Shown: positions 51,060-62,238, numbered from the stretch's first letter. The stretch is 64,000 bases of DNA from Nitrospirota bacterium (GCA_963788195.1 CAWBGA010000011.1:1-64000); one strand, 5' to 3'. Program-made: numbers and translations. The notes: generated by a model from the letters alone, not told the origin.

Positions 51060-52428
51060 TTTCACGCGAGGCTTGTAAAGCGGGTGCCGTTTACGTCTTC
51101 TCGGTTTTTATAGCAGTCTCCTCGGCACGGGCATCGCCAAGAACAGCGAGGCGGCAGAGATCAAGCCTTCGCGCACGCTCATGCCGAATGGCTTGACGGT
51201 CTTGATCCTGGACCAGCCCTTCCTCCCGATGGTGACGATCAACATCCTCGTAAAGGCGGGTGCCGTCAAGGACCCGGAGCGACTCGGGGGAGTGTCCTCG
51301 ATGGTCGCAGAAATGCTGGACGAAGGCACAAAGACACGGAGTGCGACTGGGATTGCCCAGCAGATCGAGTTCATCGGAGGCGAGATGAGGTTTAGTGGGG
51401 GTGCCGATTTCAGCACCGGAACGCTCCGCGTCCTTAAGAAAGACATGGACCTGGGCATCACGCTTCTCGCGGATGCCCTTATGAATCCCGTGTTTCCCGA
51501 AAGGGAGGTGGAGCGCGTGCGCAGCGAGGTGTTAGGCGAGCTTCAAGGAGAAGGCGATCAGCCCGCTATCCTGGCCGACAAAGCCTTTGATGCGCTCGTG
51601 TTCGGGAGCCACCCCTACGCTCGGCCTGCGAATGGCACGCCGAAAAGCGTCTCTCAGATCACGCGAAAGCATCTCCTTGAATTCCACCGCACCCACTATC
51701 ATCCCGACAACACGATTATTGCGGTCGTCGGCGACATCCGCGACACTGAAGCCCTGGATCTCATCAAGAAACATTTTGGCGCATGGGCCAAACGAAACTC
51801 TCCTCCCGACAAGGTCCCTCCGCCTCCGACATTGTCAAAGCCGGTGGTCAAGGTCATCGACAAAAACCTCACCCAGGCGAATATTGTCGTCGGCCATATA
51901 GGAATCGAGCGGGCAAACCCTGATTTTTATGCCGTGTCGGTCATGAATTATATTCTGGGGGGTGGCGGATTTTCCTCCCGTCTAGTTAACCGGATTCGGG
52001 ATCAGCTGGGCCTGGCCTACGACGTAGACAGCGGATTTCAGGCAAACGTGATGCCCGGTCCGTTTACCGTGCGCCTCCAAACTCGGAACGTCACCGCCAA
52101 GCAGGCCATCAGGAGTGTGATCGAAGAGATCAAGCGCATCCGCACCGAACCTATCAGTGATCAAGAACTTGCCGACGCGAAAGCATATTTGATCGGCAGC
52201 TTCCCCTTACGGCTCGACACCACTGTGAAGCTCTCCGCTTTGCTCGCGTTGATCGAGCTTCACGGGCTTGGTCTGAGCTATTTTGAGGATTATCCCAAGG
52301 CTATCGCCGCCGTGACGATAGAGGACGTTCTTCGGGTGGCGCAGAAGTATCTGCATCCCGAAGGGGTCGTGGTGTTAGCCGTCGCCAGGCAGGCCGAGGC
52401 GCAGATCAGCCCAGAGATTGTCCAGTGA
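51056..52428 (+). CDS. M16 peptidase partner subunit (no HxxEH; 5' frameshift)
   Basis: MPNGL, LGGGGFSSRL..IR..GLAY. Confidence 0.88.
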
Positions 52429-53249
52429 ACTTCGCCGGCTCTCAGAATAATGACACACTGGGCCGGCTCAGGGGGATCATGTCCGATCTTGGCTCTGCCC
52501 TGATTGCTTTCTCTGGAGGCATTGACAGCACGGTGGTGTTAAAGCTGGCGCATGACGCCTTAGGAGACCGTGCCCTAGCCGTCACCGCTGTGTCCCCTAC
52601 ATATCCGGCATTGGAGCTCGACCTGGCAAGCCGACTCTGCCGGACCATCGGTGTGCGTCACGTGATTCACAACACGGACCAGTTACGCGATGCCGAATTC
52701 GTTCGAAACACGGCCTCCCGATGCTATCGATGCAAGACAGACCTGTATTCGGCGCTCGTACCCCTTGCCGAACGCATGGGGTTCGCACACGTCTGCGACG
52801 GTGCGCAGATGGATGATCTCGGAGATGATCGACCGGGAATGAAAGCCGCGCACGAGTACCGCGTGCGAAGCCCCTTACTCGAAGCCGGCCTCGGCAAGGA
52901 GGCCGTCCGGACTGCAGGGCGACTCCTTGGTTTGCCGAACTGGGACAAGCCCGCAGCCGCCTGTCTTTCTTCCCGCATTGCGCGCGGTGAGCTGATCACG
53001 CTCGATCGATTGAAACGCGTCGAAGAGGCTGAAGCCTATCTGCTTCACGAGGGGTTTCGTCAGGTCCGCGTGCGGGACTACTCCGGCAGGGCGCGCGTGG
53101 AGGTAGGCCAGGATGAGTTGGACCGGCTGTTCGAGCCCCTGCTGCGAAATCGCGTGATGGTCACGCTCGAGGTGCTTGGATTTATACAGGTGACCTTGGA
53201 CCCCGCGGGTTACCGGCAGGGCGGCACAAACCCGACTGCCGGGACCTAG
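52425..53249 (+). CDS. larE: LarE-like ATP-dependent sulfur transferase (TIGR00268 type)
   Basis: AFSGGIDS, RCYRCK, DDRPG, KPAAACLSSR. Confidence 0.88.
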   Translation: MNFAGSQNNDTLGRLRGIMSDLGSALIAFSGGIDSTVVLKLAHDALGDRALAVTAVSPTYPALELDLASRLCRTIGVRHVIHNTDQLRDAEFVRNTASRCYRCKTDLYSALVPLAERMGFAHVCDGAQMDDLGDDRPGMKAAHEYRVRSPLLEAGLGKEAVRTAGRLLGLPNWDKPAAACLSSRIARGELITLDRLKRVEEAEAYLLHEGFRQVRVRDYSGRARVEVGQDELDRLFEPLLRNRVMVTLEVLGFIQVTLDPAGYRQGGTNPTAGT

Positions 53250-53400
53250 CGCCGGACATTTCATCTCGCCATGTATCCCGCTTCACCCTCTCTCTTAAGT
53301 CCAGTTGCAATTCCCCAAGGCGTCTAGATTAGAATACGTTCCAAAGCTTTTATGCGTAAACACGCCCGGGCCTCCCGGGCTTCTTAGAAAGAGGTGATCT

Positions 53401-53715
53401 ATGCCCGTCTATGTAAGTCTGGTAAAGTTTACACGCGATGGCATTATGACCATGAAGGACCAAGGTGTATCACGGTCCGATGCCGTCAAGCACAATGCCG
53501 AGGAGCTCGGGGGCAAACTCTTAAATGCGTACTACTGCCTTGGGGAATATGACGTCGTGGCGATCTGGGAGTTTCCAGACAACAAAACGGCCATGAAGGC
53601 TGCGGTCAAGAACGCGGCGATTGGGCACATTCAGATCAGCACGATGCCGGCCGTTGCGCGCGATGAATGGGCCGGTCTCCTCGGCGAAGTCTTTGGAGGT
53701 CAAAAAAAGAAGTAA
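53401..53715 (+). CDS. GYD-domain protein
   Basis: GAGG RBS; LGGK..Y..LGEYDVV. Confidence 0.85.
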   Translation: MPVYVSLVKFTRDGIMTMKDQGVSRSDAVKHNAEELGGKLLNAYYCLGEYDVVAIWEFPDNKTAMKAAVKNAAIGHIQISTMPAVARDEWAGLLGEVFGGQKKK

Positions 53716-53718
53716 GGC

Positions 53719-54231
53719 TCAGGACTTGCCGTCATAGTCCCGGGCAACGGCGGAGAGCGCTTCTTCCGCCAGGCGCTTGTGGTCGGCATCCGTAAGGGTT
53801 CGCTCTACCAGCTTCTCTGCAACCCGAAGCGCGAGATCGGTGGCATAGCCACGCACGTCTTCAAGCGCGCGTCGCCGCTCCTGATCGATCTCGCGTGCCG
53901 TGCTCGTTCGGATTCGCTCCGCCTCCTGAGTGAGGCGTCGCTCATTTTCTTCCAAAAGATGCTGCGCCCGGTGTTTCGCCTGCTCGACCAGCGCCTCAGC
54001 TTCTTTGTGCGCCCCCTTCATTTTGATCTCATACTCGGCCAGCCGGCGCTCGGCTTCGGCCCTCTGCTGTTCGGCGGCCTCAATGCTGTCCCGGATTTTA
54101 CGCTCACGCGCCTCGAGCGCCTCGAGGAGCGGCGGGAAGGCGTACTTAGCCAGGACGAATAACAGAATCGCGAAGGAGACGATCTCCCAGAAAATAAGCG
54201 AGGAAAAAAAGTGAGTTTCAAACTGCGGCAT
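53719..54231 (-). CDS. atpF: ATP synthase F0 subunit b
   Basis: FW..SF.ILL..AFPP..LEARERKI; coiled coil. Confidence 0.93.
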   Translation of the reverse strand: MPQFETHFFSSLIFWEIVSFAILLFVLAKYAFPPLLEALEARERKIRDSIEAAEQQRAEAERRLAEYEIKMKGAHKEAEALVEQAKHRAQHLLEENERRLTQEAERIRTSTAREIDQERRRALEDVRGYATDLALRVAEKLVERTLTDADHKRLAEEALSAVARDYDGKS

Positions 54232-54246
54232 ACATCGAGACCTTCC

Positions 54247-54483
54247 TTAAGCTTTACCTCGAAGACCCATGATGATAAACGCGATCACCAATCCGTAGAG
54301 CGCGATCGCCTCGACAAGCGCGAATCCGATCCACATGTACTTGGCCACCCGGGCCTCTGCCTCAGGCTGTCGCGCTACCGCCTCGATCATCTTGCCGAAA
54401 ATATAACCGATCCCGACGCCCGCGCCCGCAAAGCCGGCGGCCGCCAGTCCCATCCCCAAAAACGCAGCAGCTACACTATCCAT
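54247..54483 (-). CDS. atpE: ATP synthase F0 subunit c
   Basis: GAGVGIG, ARQPE, LVEA. Confidence 0.96.
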   Translation of the reverse strand: MDSVAAAFLGMGLAAAGFAGAGVGIGYIFGKMIEAVARQPEAEARVAKYMWIGFALVEAIALYGLVIAFIIMGLRGKA

Positions 54484-54509
54484 TCACAATTCTCCTTTCG
54501 AGGCCTTAC

Positions 54510-55259
54510 CTAGTGCGCTTCTTCCGTATGACCATGTAGATTAATGGCATCTCCGAAGTACACACACGTCAAAATCGTAAAGATGTACGCCTGTATAAAT
54601 GCAATACCGACTTCCAACACATAGATGGCTACCGTAAAGGCGAACGGCAGCCAGCCGAGCAGCAATGGCAAAGAGAGCGCCATCCCAAAGAGGACCGCGA
54701 GGATGGTATGGCCTGCTGTCATATTCGCAAAAAGGCGGACGGCCAGGGCGAAGGGGCGAGCTAGCTGGCTGATCAGTTCAATCGGCATCATCAACGGGAG
54801 CAACAGCGGCGGGGTTCCCGGGGGGATCAGGATCTGAAGGAACTTAATACCGTGGTAGGCGAAGCCGACCACAATACTCATCGCGTAGACAAAGAAGGCG
54901 AAGGCGGCGGTGACGACTATCTGGCTGGTGACAGTATAGGATCCCGGAACAAGGCCCAAAAGATTCGAAAAGAGGATGAAGATGAACAGACTCGCGATGA
55001 AGGGGAAAAAGACCATGCCGCGTTTGCCCATCGTATCGAGAATCATCCCTTGCAGAAACTCCACCAGCATCTCAGCAATACTCTGCATGTGGCCAGGAAT
55101 CAGGCGCCGCTGCCGGCCGGCGGCGATCAGAAACCACGCTGCGAGCGCGATCACGATCCACATCATGATAACAGCCTTGTTTAGCGAGATATCCAGACCG
55201 AACAGTGAGATGGGTCCGTAGGAGTGGAGTTCAAACGTATGGAGCGGACTTTCCTGCAT
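54510..55259 (-). CDS. atpB: ATP synthase F0 subunit a
   Basis: NLLGL.P, LAVRLFANMTAGH, IQAYIF. Confidence 0.96.
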   Translation of the reverse strand: MQESPLHTFELHSYGPISLFGLDISLNKAVIMMWIVIALAAWFLIAAGRQRRLIPGHMQSIAEMLVEFLQGMILDTMGKRGMVFFPFIASLFIFILFSNLLGLVPGSYTVTSQIVVTAAFAFFVYAMSIVVGFAYHGIKFLQILIPPGTPPLLLPLMMPIELISQLARPFALAVRLFANMTAGHTILAVLFGMALSLPLLLGWLPFAFTVAIYVLEVGIAFIQAYIFTILTCVYFGDAINLHGHTEEAH

Positions 55260-55558
55260 CAGAGACGCGACGCCATTCGGTAGATGTTCAGAAGACCCGC
55301 GGACATTCCGAGGAAGAGGCCAATGACGGTCAACCAGGGACTCATCCCGAAATACCAATCACCCAGGTATCCCAGGCCACCCCCGACAATCAAAGCCGCG
55401 ACTAGCTCGACCCCAACCCGTGCGGCAAGTGAAAGGCCCTTCCGGAAATCATTTGGCTGCTCGTTCAGGGTACTGTTGTCCGAAAATCGCGCGACATTCA
55501 AACAGAATCGCCACGAGATGTCAAGATGACGGGCCTGGCGGTGTCTGCGTGTTCCCAC
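55259..55558 (-). CDS. AtpZ/AtpI-family protein (start uncertain)
   Basis: GVELVAALIVGGGLGY..D..PW..G..AG..NIYR. Confidence 0.85.
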   Translation of the reverse strand: MGTRRHRQARHLDISWRFCLNVARFSDNSTLNEQPNDFRKGLSLAARVGVELVAALIVGGGLGYLGDWYFGMSPWLTVIGLFLGMSAGLLNIYRMASRL

Positions 55559-55599
55559 TGTTGCCTGGCAGGGTTCCGTGCGTTAAGATGCGCTCACCG

Positions 55600-57057
55600 A
55601 TGTCTCTCCTGTCCAAGGAGGCCTTTCTTGGGGCCCCTTCCCCGACGCCTTTGGCGACCGTCCTCACACTGCCCGCCTGTTCGACATATGACCTGTATGA
55701 GCGGCTCGTCGGAAACGACGCCTGTCCGGTCCTTTTGGAAAGCGGCGGTCGAGACCCTCAAGGATACTCGATCATCGCCTCATCGCCTTCGCGCATTTTT
55801 CGCGCAACCGGCTCCCGGCTCGAATACCTCGAGTCCTCCGGCCGGTCTTCCATCATTCAGCGCGATCCATTCGCGGCGCTGCGGGATCTTATCCTGGACA
55901 TGGCACTGCCTCGTCCGTTGGGATTTCCACCATTTTTCGGCGGCGCCATCGGGTACTTCGGGTACGATTTCGTTCACTGGTTCGAGCGTCTTCCCCGATG
56001 TACTCCCGACGACCTCGGCCTGCCGGAGGTTGAACTTGCCTGTTTCGAGCTTGTGGCTGTCATCGATCATTCACAGGAGCGATTGTGGCTGATCTTTACG
56101 CCGTTCAAGGAGCGGTTTCTTAAAGAACCGCGGGACGCCTTGTACGAAGAAGGTCTCGCCCGCCTGAGCATGCTTCAATCGCGTCTGATCACTCCACCTC
56201 GGCAGTCGGCCCTGCGGGCACACGCGCCAGTTCCACGCATTACGGCCGGGCAAACCCAGGAAGAATATGCGTGCCGTGTGCGCCGTTGTCTCGACTATAT
56301 CGGCGCCGGCGATATTTACCAGGCCAATCTCTCGCACCGATTCGAGCTGCAGCTGGGCCAGCGGGCTCCGCGGTCGATCTATCGCAGGTTGCGAGAGATT
56401 AACCCCTCCCCCTTCGCGGCCCTGTTGGAGTTCCCTGCTGTCACGCTCGTCGGCTGCTCACCGGAACGGCTCGTAAGACTGCAAGGCTCGGATGTTGACA
56501 CACGGCCTATCGCCGGCACGCGACCGCGAGGCAAAACCGGCGAGGAGGATGAACGGCTGGCAGAGGATCTGCTGTTGAATGACAAGGAGCGGGCCGAGCA
56601 TCTGATGCTCGTGGACCTTGAACGAAACGATCTGGGCCGTGTGTGCGCCTTCGGCAGCGTCCATGTCAATGACTTCATGACCCTGGAGCGCTATTCGCAC
56701 GTCATTCATATTGTCTCGAATATTCGAGGTCGCTTGGCGTCCGGGCGCGATGCGATGGATCTCATCCAGGCGGTCTTCCCAGGCGGCACTGTCACAGGGG
56801 TGCCGAAGATTCGCTGCATGGAGATCTTGGACGAATTGGAGCCGGTGCGGCGGGGACCTTATACCGGGTCTGTCGGGTATATCAGTGCCAATGGCGATCT
56901 AGATCTCAATATTATCATCCGAACCTTAGTGATCAAAGAGGACCGCGGGTACCTGCATGTCGGAGCCGGCATTGTCGCTGATTCAGACCCGTCTCGCGAA
57001 TACCAGGAAACGCTATTCAAGGCCGAAGCCTTGCTCGACGCCGTGCGACATACATGA
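55600..57057 (+). CDS. pabB: Aminodeoxychorismate synthase I / anthranilate synthase I family
   Basis: LLESG, GDIYQANLS, SPERL, KERAEHLMLVDLERND, TGVPK; coupled to a class IV aminotransferase. Confidence 0.8.
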   Translation: MSLLSKEAFLGAPSPTPLATVLTLPACSTYDLYERLVGNDACPVLLESGGRDPQGYSIIASSPSRIFRATGSRLEYLESSGRSSIIQRDPFAALRDLILDMALPRPLGFPPFFGGAIGYFGYDFVHWFERLPRCTPDDLGLPEVELACFELVAVIDHSQERLWLIFTPFKERFLKEPRDALYEEGLARLSMLQSRLITPPRQSALRAHAPVPRITAGQTQEEYACRVRRCLDYIGAGDIYQANLSHRFELQLGQRAPRSIYRRLREINPSPFAALLEFPAVTLVGCSPERLVRLQGSDVDTRPIAGTRPRGKTGEEDERLAEDLLLNDKERAEHLMLVDLERNDLGRVCAFGSVHVNDFMTLERYSHVIHIVSNIRGRLASGRDAMDLIQAVFPGGTVTGVPKIRCMEILDELEPVRRGPYTGSVGYISANGDLDLNIIIRTLVIKEDRGYLHVGAGIVADSDPSREYQETLFKAEALLDAVRHT

Positions 57058-57923
57058 CGTGGATTTACCTGAACGACCGGTTTGTCCCGCACGAGGAGGC
57101 CGTGGTGTCCGTCTTCGATCACGGCTTTCTTTATGGAGACGGCGTCTTTGAGACTCTGCGTGCCTCTCGTGGTCGTATCCTCATGCTCGCCGAGCACCTT
57201 GCGCGTCTTGAGCGGTCGGCGTCCCGCCTTCACCTCAAACTGCCTATTTCGCTCGAGCAATTCGCCGATCTCATACAGGCATCTGTCGACCGAAACCAGC
57301 TACAGGAGGCGTACATCCGGGTCACGGTCTCACGCGGCACAGGGGAAATCGGACTGGATCCGGCTCTCTGTAAGACGCCAACGTTGGTCATCATTGCCAA
57401 GCCTTTTGTGCCGTATCCTGAATCGCTCTATTCGAATGGGATTGCCGTGGCGGTTGTCCGAACGCGCCGGAATCTTGCTCAAGCCCTACCCCCGGAGGTC
57501 AAATCGCTTAATTTCCTAAATAATATCCTCGCCAAAATCGACGCCCTTGCAGCGGGCGCGGATGAGGCCATCATGCTCAACTATCGCGGTGAACTCACGG
57601 AAGGCAGCACCAGCAATATATTTGTGGTCAACGCTGGGCAGTTGCGCACACCTGCCATGGCATGTGGGCTCCTCGATGGCGTCACACGGGGCGTCGTGCT
57701 GGAACTTGCAAAGGACCTCCCCATACCCTCCGAAGAGACAGTGCTTGGGACGGCGGACCTGTACGCAGCAGAGGAGTGTTTTTTGACCAATACAACACAG
57801 GAGGTGCTGCCGGTCACGAAAGTCGATGGGCGCATGGTGGGAGACGGCCGGCCTGGGCCGATCACGGCCCGGCTACGCGCCTCATATCGAGCCCGTCTTG
57901 AGCGGCTGCTTCAATGTCCGTGA
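57054..57923 (+). CDS. Class IV aminotransferase (IlvE/PabC-like)
   Basis: DHGFLYGDGVFE, KSLNFL, EGSTSN, LDGVTR. Confidence 0.88.
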   Translation: MTWIYLNDRFVPHEEAVVSVFDHGFLYGDGVFETLRASRGRILMLAEHLARLERSASRLHLKLPISLEQFADLIQASVDRNQLQEAYIRVTVSRGTGEIGLDPALCKTPTLVIIAKPFVPYPESLYSNGIAVAVVRTRRNLAQALPPEVKSLNFLNNILAKIDALAAGADEAIMLNYRGELTEGSTSNIFVVNAGQLRTPAMACGLLDGVTRGVVLELAKDLPIPSEETVLGTADLYAAEECFLTNTTQEVLPVTKVDGRMVGDGRPGPITARLRASYRARLERLLQCP

Positions 57924-59225
57924 GCGGTCATCGATTGGCTCGACCTTGACCTTCGCGACCCGCCGATCCCCAAGATCCACCACCGTAAACCGATACCCGT
58001 CGTGGGTAAACACTTCGCCGCCGCGGGGAATCCCTTGAAGCTGGTGCGTGATGAATCCACTCAACGTTTCGTAATCTGAGGTGACGGGAATCGGGAGTCC
58101 GTAACGCTCGACGAGATCACGCACGGGCGTTGACGCGTCAACAAGAAGACTTCCGTCCCTCAAGCGCTCGACCGGCTTTTCCTCAGTGTCATACTCATCT
58201 TGGATCTCGCCTACAATTTCCTCGATTAGATCTTCCAGCGCGACGAGCCCTTCGACACTGCCGTATTCATTGACGACGATCGCCATATGGATCCGGCGCC
58301 GTTGCATCTCTTTCAGCAACACGCTGACTTTCATAGATTCCGGCACAAAATAGACCGGATGCAACACCTCCAAGAGACTGAAGCTTCTGCCGGACGCGAT
58401 ACGGCTCAACAGATCCTTCTGATAGAGAATGCCTTTGACGTCGTTCAAGTCCTTCTTGTAAACCGGATAGCGTGAGAACTTGTGTTCATCGATTAACCGT
58501 ATGACTTCCTTGATCGGCGTGTCGACTTCGAGGGCGCACATCTTGACACGGGGCACCATCACCTCTTTGACCGAGGTGTCCGTGAATTCAAAGACGCTTC
58601 GAATCAGTTCCTGTTCCGTTTTGTCGAAGACTCCGGTCTCCTGGCCCTCGGTCATCAACAGATTGATCTCTTCCGCCGTAATAAATACCTTTCCTTCCTC
58701 AACGGATTTGCCGAAAAGCCGAAGGACCGCCCGGCTCGATAAGGTGAGCGGCCGGACCCCCCAGGTTGCCACTTTTGAAAACCATTCAATCGGGCTGGCG
58801 ACAAACAAGGCTAAGCGTTCGGGGTTTCGAAGCGCCAGGATCTTCGGGACCAACTCCCCAAATACTAACGCAAAGTAGGAGATGCCCAAGACCATGCAAC
58901 CGACCGCCAGCGGTTCGGCAATCGAGGGCATGAAGGCAAAGGGAAGGGCGAAAAAAATCGGTTTGATGTATTCGACTGCGATGACCCCCCCAAGCGCAGC
59001 CGCAGAGGAGCCGGCCAAGGTAACCCCGATCTGAATCGTCGCCAGAAAGCGCTCTGAGTTTTCCTGAAACCCGAGCACTAACCCTGCTGCGTGATTTCCC
59101 TCCTCGGCCAGCTGTTTGACCCGGCTCCGGCGGGTATTGATAATGGCGAGTTCAGCACAGGCAAAAAATCCGTTTAAGAGGATCAGTCCTCCTACGGCCA
59201 TCAATTCCAGCCACATTCTTGGCAC
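57882..59225 (-). CDS. HlyC/CorC (CNNM-CBS) family membrane protein
   Basis: NGFF..AELA, TIQIG, GELVPK, VMVPR, CBS pair, CorC domain. Confidence 0.92.
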   Translation of the reverse strand: MPRMWLELMAVGGLILLNGFFACAELAIINTRRSRVKQLAEEGNHAAGLVLGFQENSERFLATIQIGVTLAGSSAAALGGVIAVEYIKPIFFALPFAFMPSIAEPLAVGCMVLGISYFALVFGELVPKILALRNPERLALFVASPIEWFSKVATWGVRPLTLSSRAVLRLFGKSVEEGKVFITAEEINLLMTEGQETGVFDKTEQELIRSVFEFTDTSVKEVMVPRVKMCALEVDTPIKEVIRLIDEHKFSRYPVYKKDLNDVKGILYQKDLLSRIASGRSFSLLEVLHPVYFVPESMKVSVLLKEMQRRRIHMAIVVNEYGSVEGLVALEDLIEEIVGEIQDEYDTEEKPVERLRDGSLLVDASTPVRDLVERYGLPIPVTSDYETLSGFITHQLQGIPRGGEVFTHDGYRFTVVDLGDRRVAKVKVEPIDDRSRTLKQPLKTGSI

Positions 59226-59388
59226 AGTAGCATATTGCCCTGAACGGTGGCAATCTTATGCTTCGCAAGTCGTTGACATTATGCAGCTTTACCGGCAGGT
59301 CAATAAGGTGCATGACGATTCCTGAAAAATCCAGACATGAGGACCAGGCGTGTTGACAAGGACCGGACAGGGTTGCTACACTCGTGCC

Positions 59389-60081
59389 ATGATAAATAAA
59401 AATGCCAAGATAAAATTACCTAAGAAGTCACGACATTTAATATCCGCTATGACGGCGGTATTACTGGGAATGTGTCTGACTGAAACGGGCGCCCGCGCCG
59501 AAAATCTCTACAGCTTTGTCGACGGCAAAGGCATTGTCCATTTCTCTAACGCCCCGACTGATCCCCGGTACAAGAAGATGAAAGTTCCTGCGCGACCCTT
59601 GTTACGCCTTACGCCAGTATCCGCCAAAGCCGTCCACCTGGCGATCCTTCGGAATTCCGAACAACACAGAGTGGACCCAGCGCTCGTTCGTGCCATCATC
59701 AGAGCTGAATCATCCTTCGACGCCGACGCAGTTTCTCGAAAAGGCGCCATGGGCCTGATGCAGCTCATGCCGAGAACCGCTCGTTCCCTCAAATTGTCGA
59801 ATCCCTATGACCCCCAGCAGAATATCTCGGGTGGCGTGAGATACCTTCGGTACTTACTGGATCGGTTCGACGGGAACGTGCCGCTGGCTCTGGCAGCTTA
59901 TAATGCCGGCGAATCCAGGGTCTCCCGGGAGAGCCGAATCCCAAGAATCAGTGAGACCCGGGAGTACGTACGCCGTGTTCTGCGTTATTATAAGGATTAC
60001 CGGCAACAAGACTCGCGGAAACTTGCCGCAATTGACACCCGCCCCCGTCTAGCGCCTCTACAGTACGCCAGTTCGAACTAG
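59389..60081 (+). CDS. Lytic transglycosylase with DUF4124-like N-domain
   Basis: AESSF, GAMGLMQLMP, AAYNAG, ETREYV. Confidence 0.9.
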   Translation: MINKNAKIKLPKKSRHLISAMTAVLLGMCLTETGARAENLYSFVDGKGIVHFSNAPTDPRYKKMKVPARPLLRLTPVSAKAVHLAILRNSEQHRVDPALVRAIIRAESSFDADAVSRKGAMGLMQLMPRTARSLKLSNPYDPQQNISGGVRYLRYLLDRFDGNVPLALAAYNAGESRVSRESRIPRISETREYVRRVLRYYKDYRQQDSRKLAAIDTRPRLAPLQYASSN

Positions 60082-60085
60082 TTTA

Positions 60086-61726
60086 TTAGCTTGAAATCCT
60101 CGCCCGCTTTTTGCCACTGGCGGGTCGGGCAAGGGCTGTCTTTAGCGGTAAAAGAGCAGGAACTGCAGCCAACCGGATGTGTCGATTCTGCCCGTGTCTT
60201 TTGGCGCTGGCCTCATCGGAGCGATAATGTGCGCCGATGCTCTGCCTGCGCTGGACAGCCGCCGTGGCGACTAGCCGCCCAACCGTTACCATGTTCTGAA
60301 TCTCCCAGTCGCGGCGGGTCCGGCCGTGATCCCGCAGGCTTTTCTCCCATCCCTTGATGCGGCGCAGCGCACAGCGCAAACCGTCGCCTTCCCGGACAAT
60401 GCCGACTTTGTCCCACATCAGCCGTCTGAACGTGTTGAGGAGTTTATCCACGTCTGTACCCTCTCGAAATGATTGGTCCGAATGCCTGCTGGAGACCATT
60501 CGAGACTCAGCGTTCGGTGGGTGCCGGAGGCGTGCCGCATAAGACCCCGCGGCCTCGGCTGATCGGGCTCCGAACACCAGCCCCTCCAATAAGGAATTGC
60601 TCGCAAGACGGTTCGCACCATGGACCCCCGCACAAGCCACCTCCCCCGCTGCAAAGAGACCGGGGATCGATGTGGCGCCGTTGACGTCTGTTTTCACACC
60701 TCCCATCATGAAGTGGGCACTGGGACAGACCGGGATCATTTCTTCTGTGATATCGACGTCATAGCGCAGGCAGGTTGCATAGATGGTTGGAAATCGTTTT
60801 CGGATAAAGGCCGCCCCCAAATGCCTGACATCCAGATAGACGTGCCGAGCGCGCGTGGCAATCATTTCATTCCAGATCGCGCGAGATACTACATCGCGGG
60901 GGGCGAGCTCAGCCATATCGTGGTACCGCCTCATGAACGGTTTGTTCTTGGTGTTCCGCAGGATGCCACCCTCTCCTCGCATCGCCTCCGACAGAAGAAA
61001 AGGAGGGGTGCCAGGCAGATACAGGGCGGTGGGATGGAACTGCACAAACTCCATGTCTTCCACGACGGCTCCCGCGCGGTAGGCCATCGCAATGCCATCG
61101 CCCGTTGCGCTCGTTGGATTCGTCGTCCTCGCATACACTTGTCCAGCACCTCCCGTGGAAAGCACGACAGCGCGCGCACGAACGCAGCTGGGGATTCCCG
61201 TGGATTCGTCTATGACGACCGCCCCTGCGCATCGGCCTTTCTCATCCAGGACGAGGTTGGTGGTGAAGTGGTGATCTTGCCAAGCGATACGCGGAAGACT
61301 TCGCGCTCGTTTGAGCAAAGCTCGGACAATCTCAGTTCCAGTCGCGTCTCCGCCGGCTCGAAGTATCCGGGAGCGACTATGCGCCGCCTCGCGTGCCAGC
61401 GCGTATTGGCTGCCGACCTTGTCGAACTGCGCTCCCCATCCTATGAGCTCTTGAATCCTGGCGGGACCCTCTTCAACGAGAATCTGTACCGCCTCCTCGC
61501 GACACAGTCCCTTTCCGGCCCGCAACGTATCTTCTCGATGCACGGCAACATCATCCTCTTCCGGAGCGACGGCGACGCCGCCTTGTGCATAGATGGAACT
61601 GCCTTCGGCCGGACTGCCCTTCGTGAGAATCAATACGTGACCCCGAAGGCTCAGTCCGACCGCCGCTCGGAGGCCTGCGACGCCGCTGCCAATCACGAGG
61701 AAATCAGGCGATGCCCGAAGCGTCAT
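60086..61726 (-). CDS. nadB: L-aspartate oxidase
   Basis: IGSGVAGL, YAQGG, EFVQFHPT, SEAMRGEG, HGANRLASNSLLE. Confidence 0.94.
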   Translation of the reverse strand: MTLRASPDFLVIGSGVAGLRAAVGLSLRGHVLILTKGSPAEGSSIYAQGGVAVAPEEDDVAVHREDTLRAGKGLCREEAVQILVEEGPARIQELIGWGAQFDKVGSQYALAREAAHSRSRILRAGGDATGTEIVRALLKRARSLPRIAWQDHHFTTNLVLDEKGRCAGAVVIDESTGIPSCVRARAVVLSTGGAGQVYARTTNPTSATGDGIAMAYRAGAVVEDMEFVQFHPTALYLPGTPPFLLSEAMRGEGGILRNTKNKPFMRRYHDMAELAPRDVVSRAIWNEMIATRARHVYLDVRHLGAAFIRKRFPTIYATCLRYDVDITEEMIPVCPSAHFMMGGVKTDVNGATSIPGLFAAGEVACAGVHGANRLASNSLLEGLVFGARSAEAAGSYAARLRHPPNAESRMVSSRHSDQSFREGTDVDKLLNTFRRLMWDKVGIVREGDGLRCALRRIKGWEKSLRDHGRTRRDWEIQNMVTVGRLVATAAVQRRQSIGAHYRSDEASAKRHGQNRHIRLAAVPALLPLKTALARPASGKKRARISS

Positions 61727-61731
61727 GCTTC

Positions 61732-62238
61732 CTACCGCCCAGGAGGACGCTCGCCGCTTTGTCGCCTCGATGTCATACCGAAAGGCGCGTCGCCGTCGAC
61801 GCCGCTCAAGGCAAGATTCTGATGACCGACTAGGCGAAGGATGGCATGTCCCCGCTCGCGGATGGAGGGATCGTTGCTCTTCCGATGCCATTGCCCCTGC
61901 CAGTGGAAATAAACTGCTACGTCCGTGCCTTCGATGAGGACCCGATCGATCCCTAGGTCCAGCTGTATGCGATCGTATATCGCAAAGTCCCGTTCAACCT
62001 CGAGCTCAAGCCGGCGCAAACTGTCAAGCGGCATGAGCAATGAATGGAACCCTGCCGCATCTTTGTTGATATAGGCTTGGCGCAAGCGCTCGACGGTCGC
62101 ATCGATGCTCCGGACCTGCGCGGCATCTGCAGGGTCCACACGGTTGGGTTTCGTGCAAGCGAGTGCGGTCACACCCAGGAAGCTGACGAGGACGGACAAA
62201 AGGCATTTACCAAAGCATTTTCGAAAGCAGAGGATCAT
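61732..62238 (-). CDS. Hypothetical lipoprotein (NTF2-like?)
   Basis: Lipobox ALAC. Confidence 0.6.
   Translation of the reverse strand: MILCFRKCFGKCLLSVLVSFLGVTALACTKPNRVDPADAAQVRSIDATVERLRQAYINKDAAGFHSLLMPLDSLRRLELEVERDFAIYDRIQLDLGIDRVLIEGTDVAVYFHWQGQWHRKSNDPSIRERGHAILRLVGHQNLALSGVDGDAPFGMTSRRQSGERPPGR

Noticed and set aside
51056..53249. Inactive M16 subunit and lone larE as novelties
   Set aside because: Both arrangements are common
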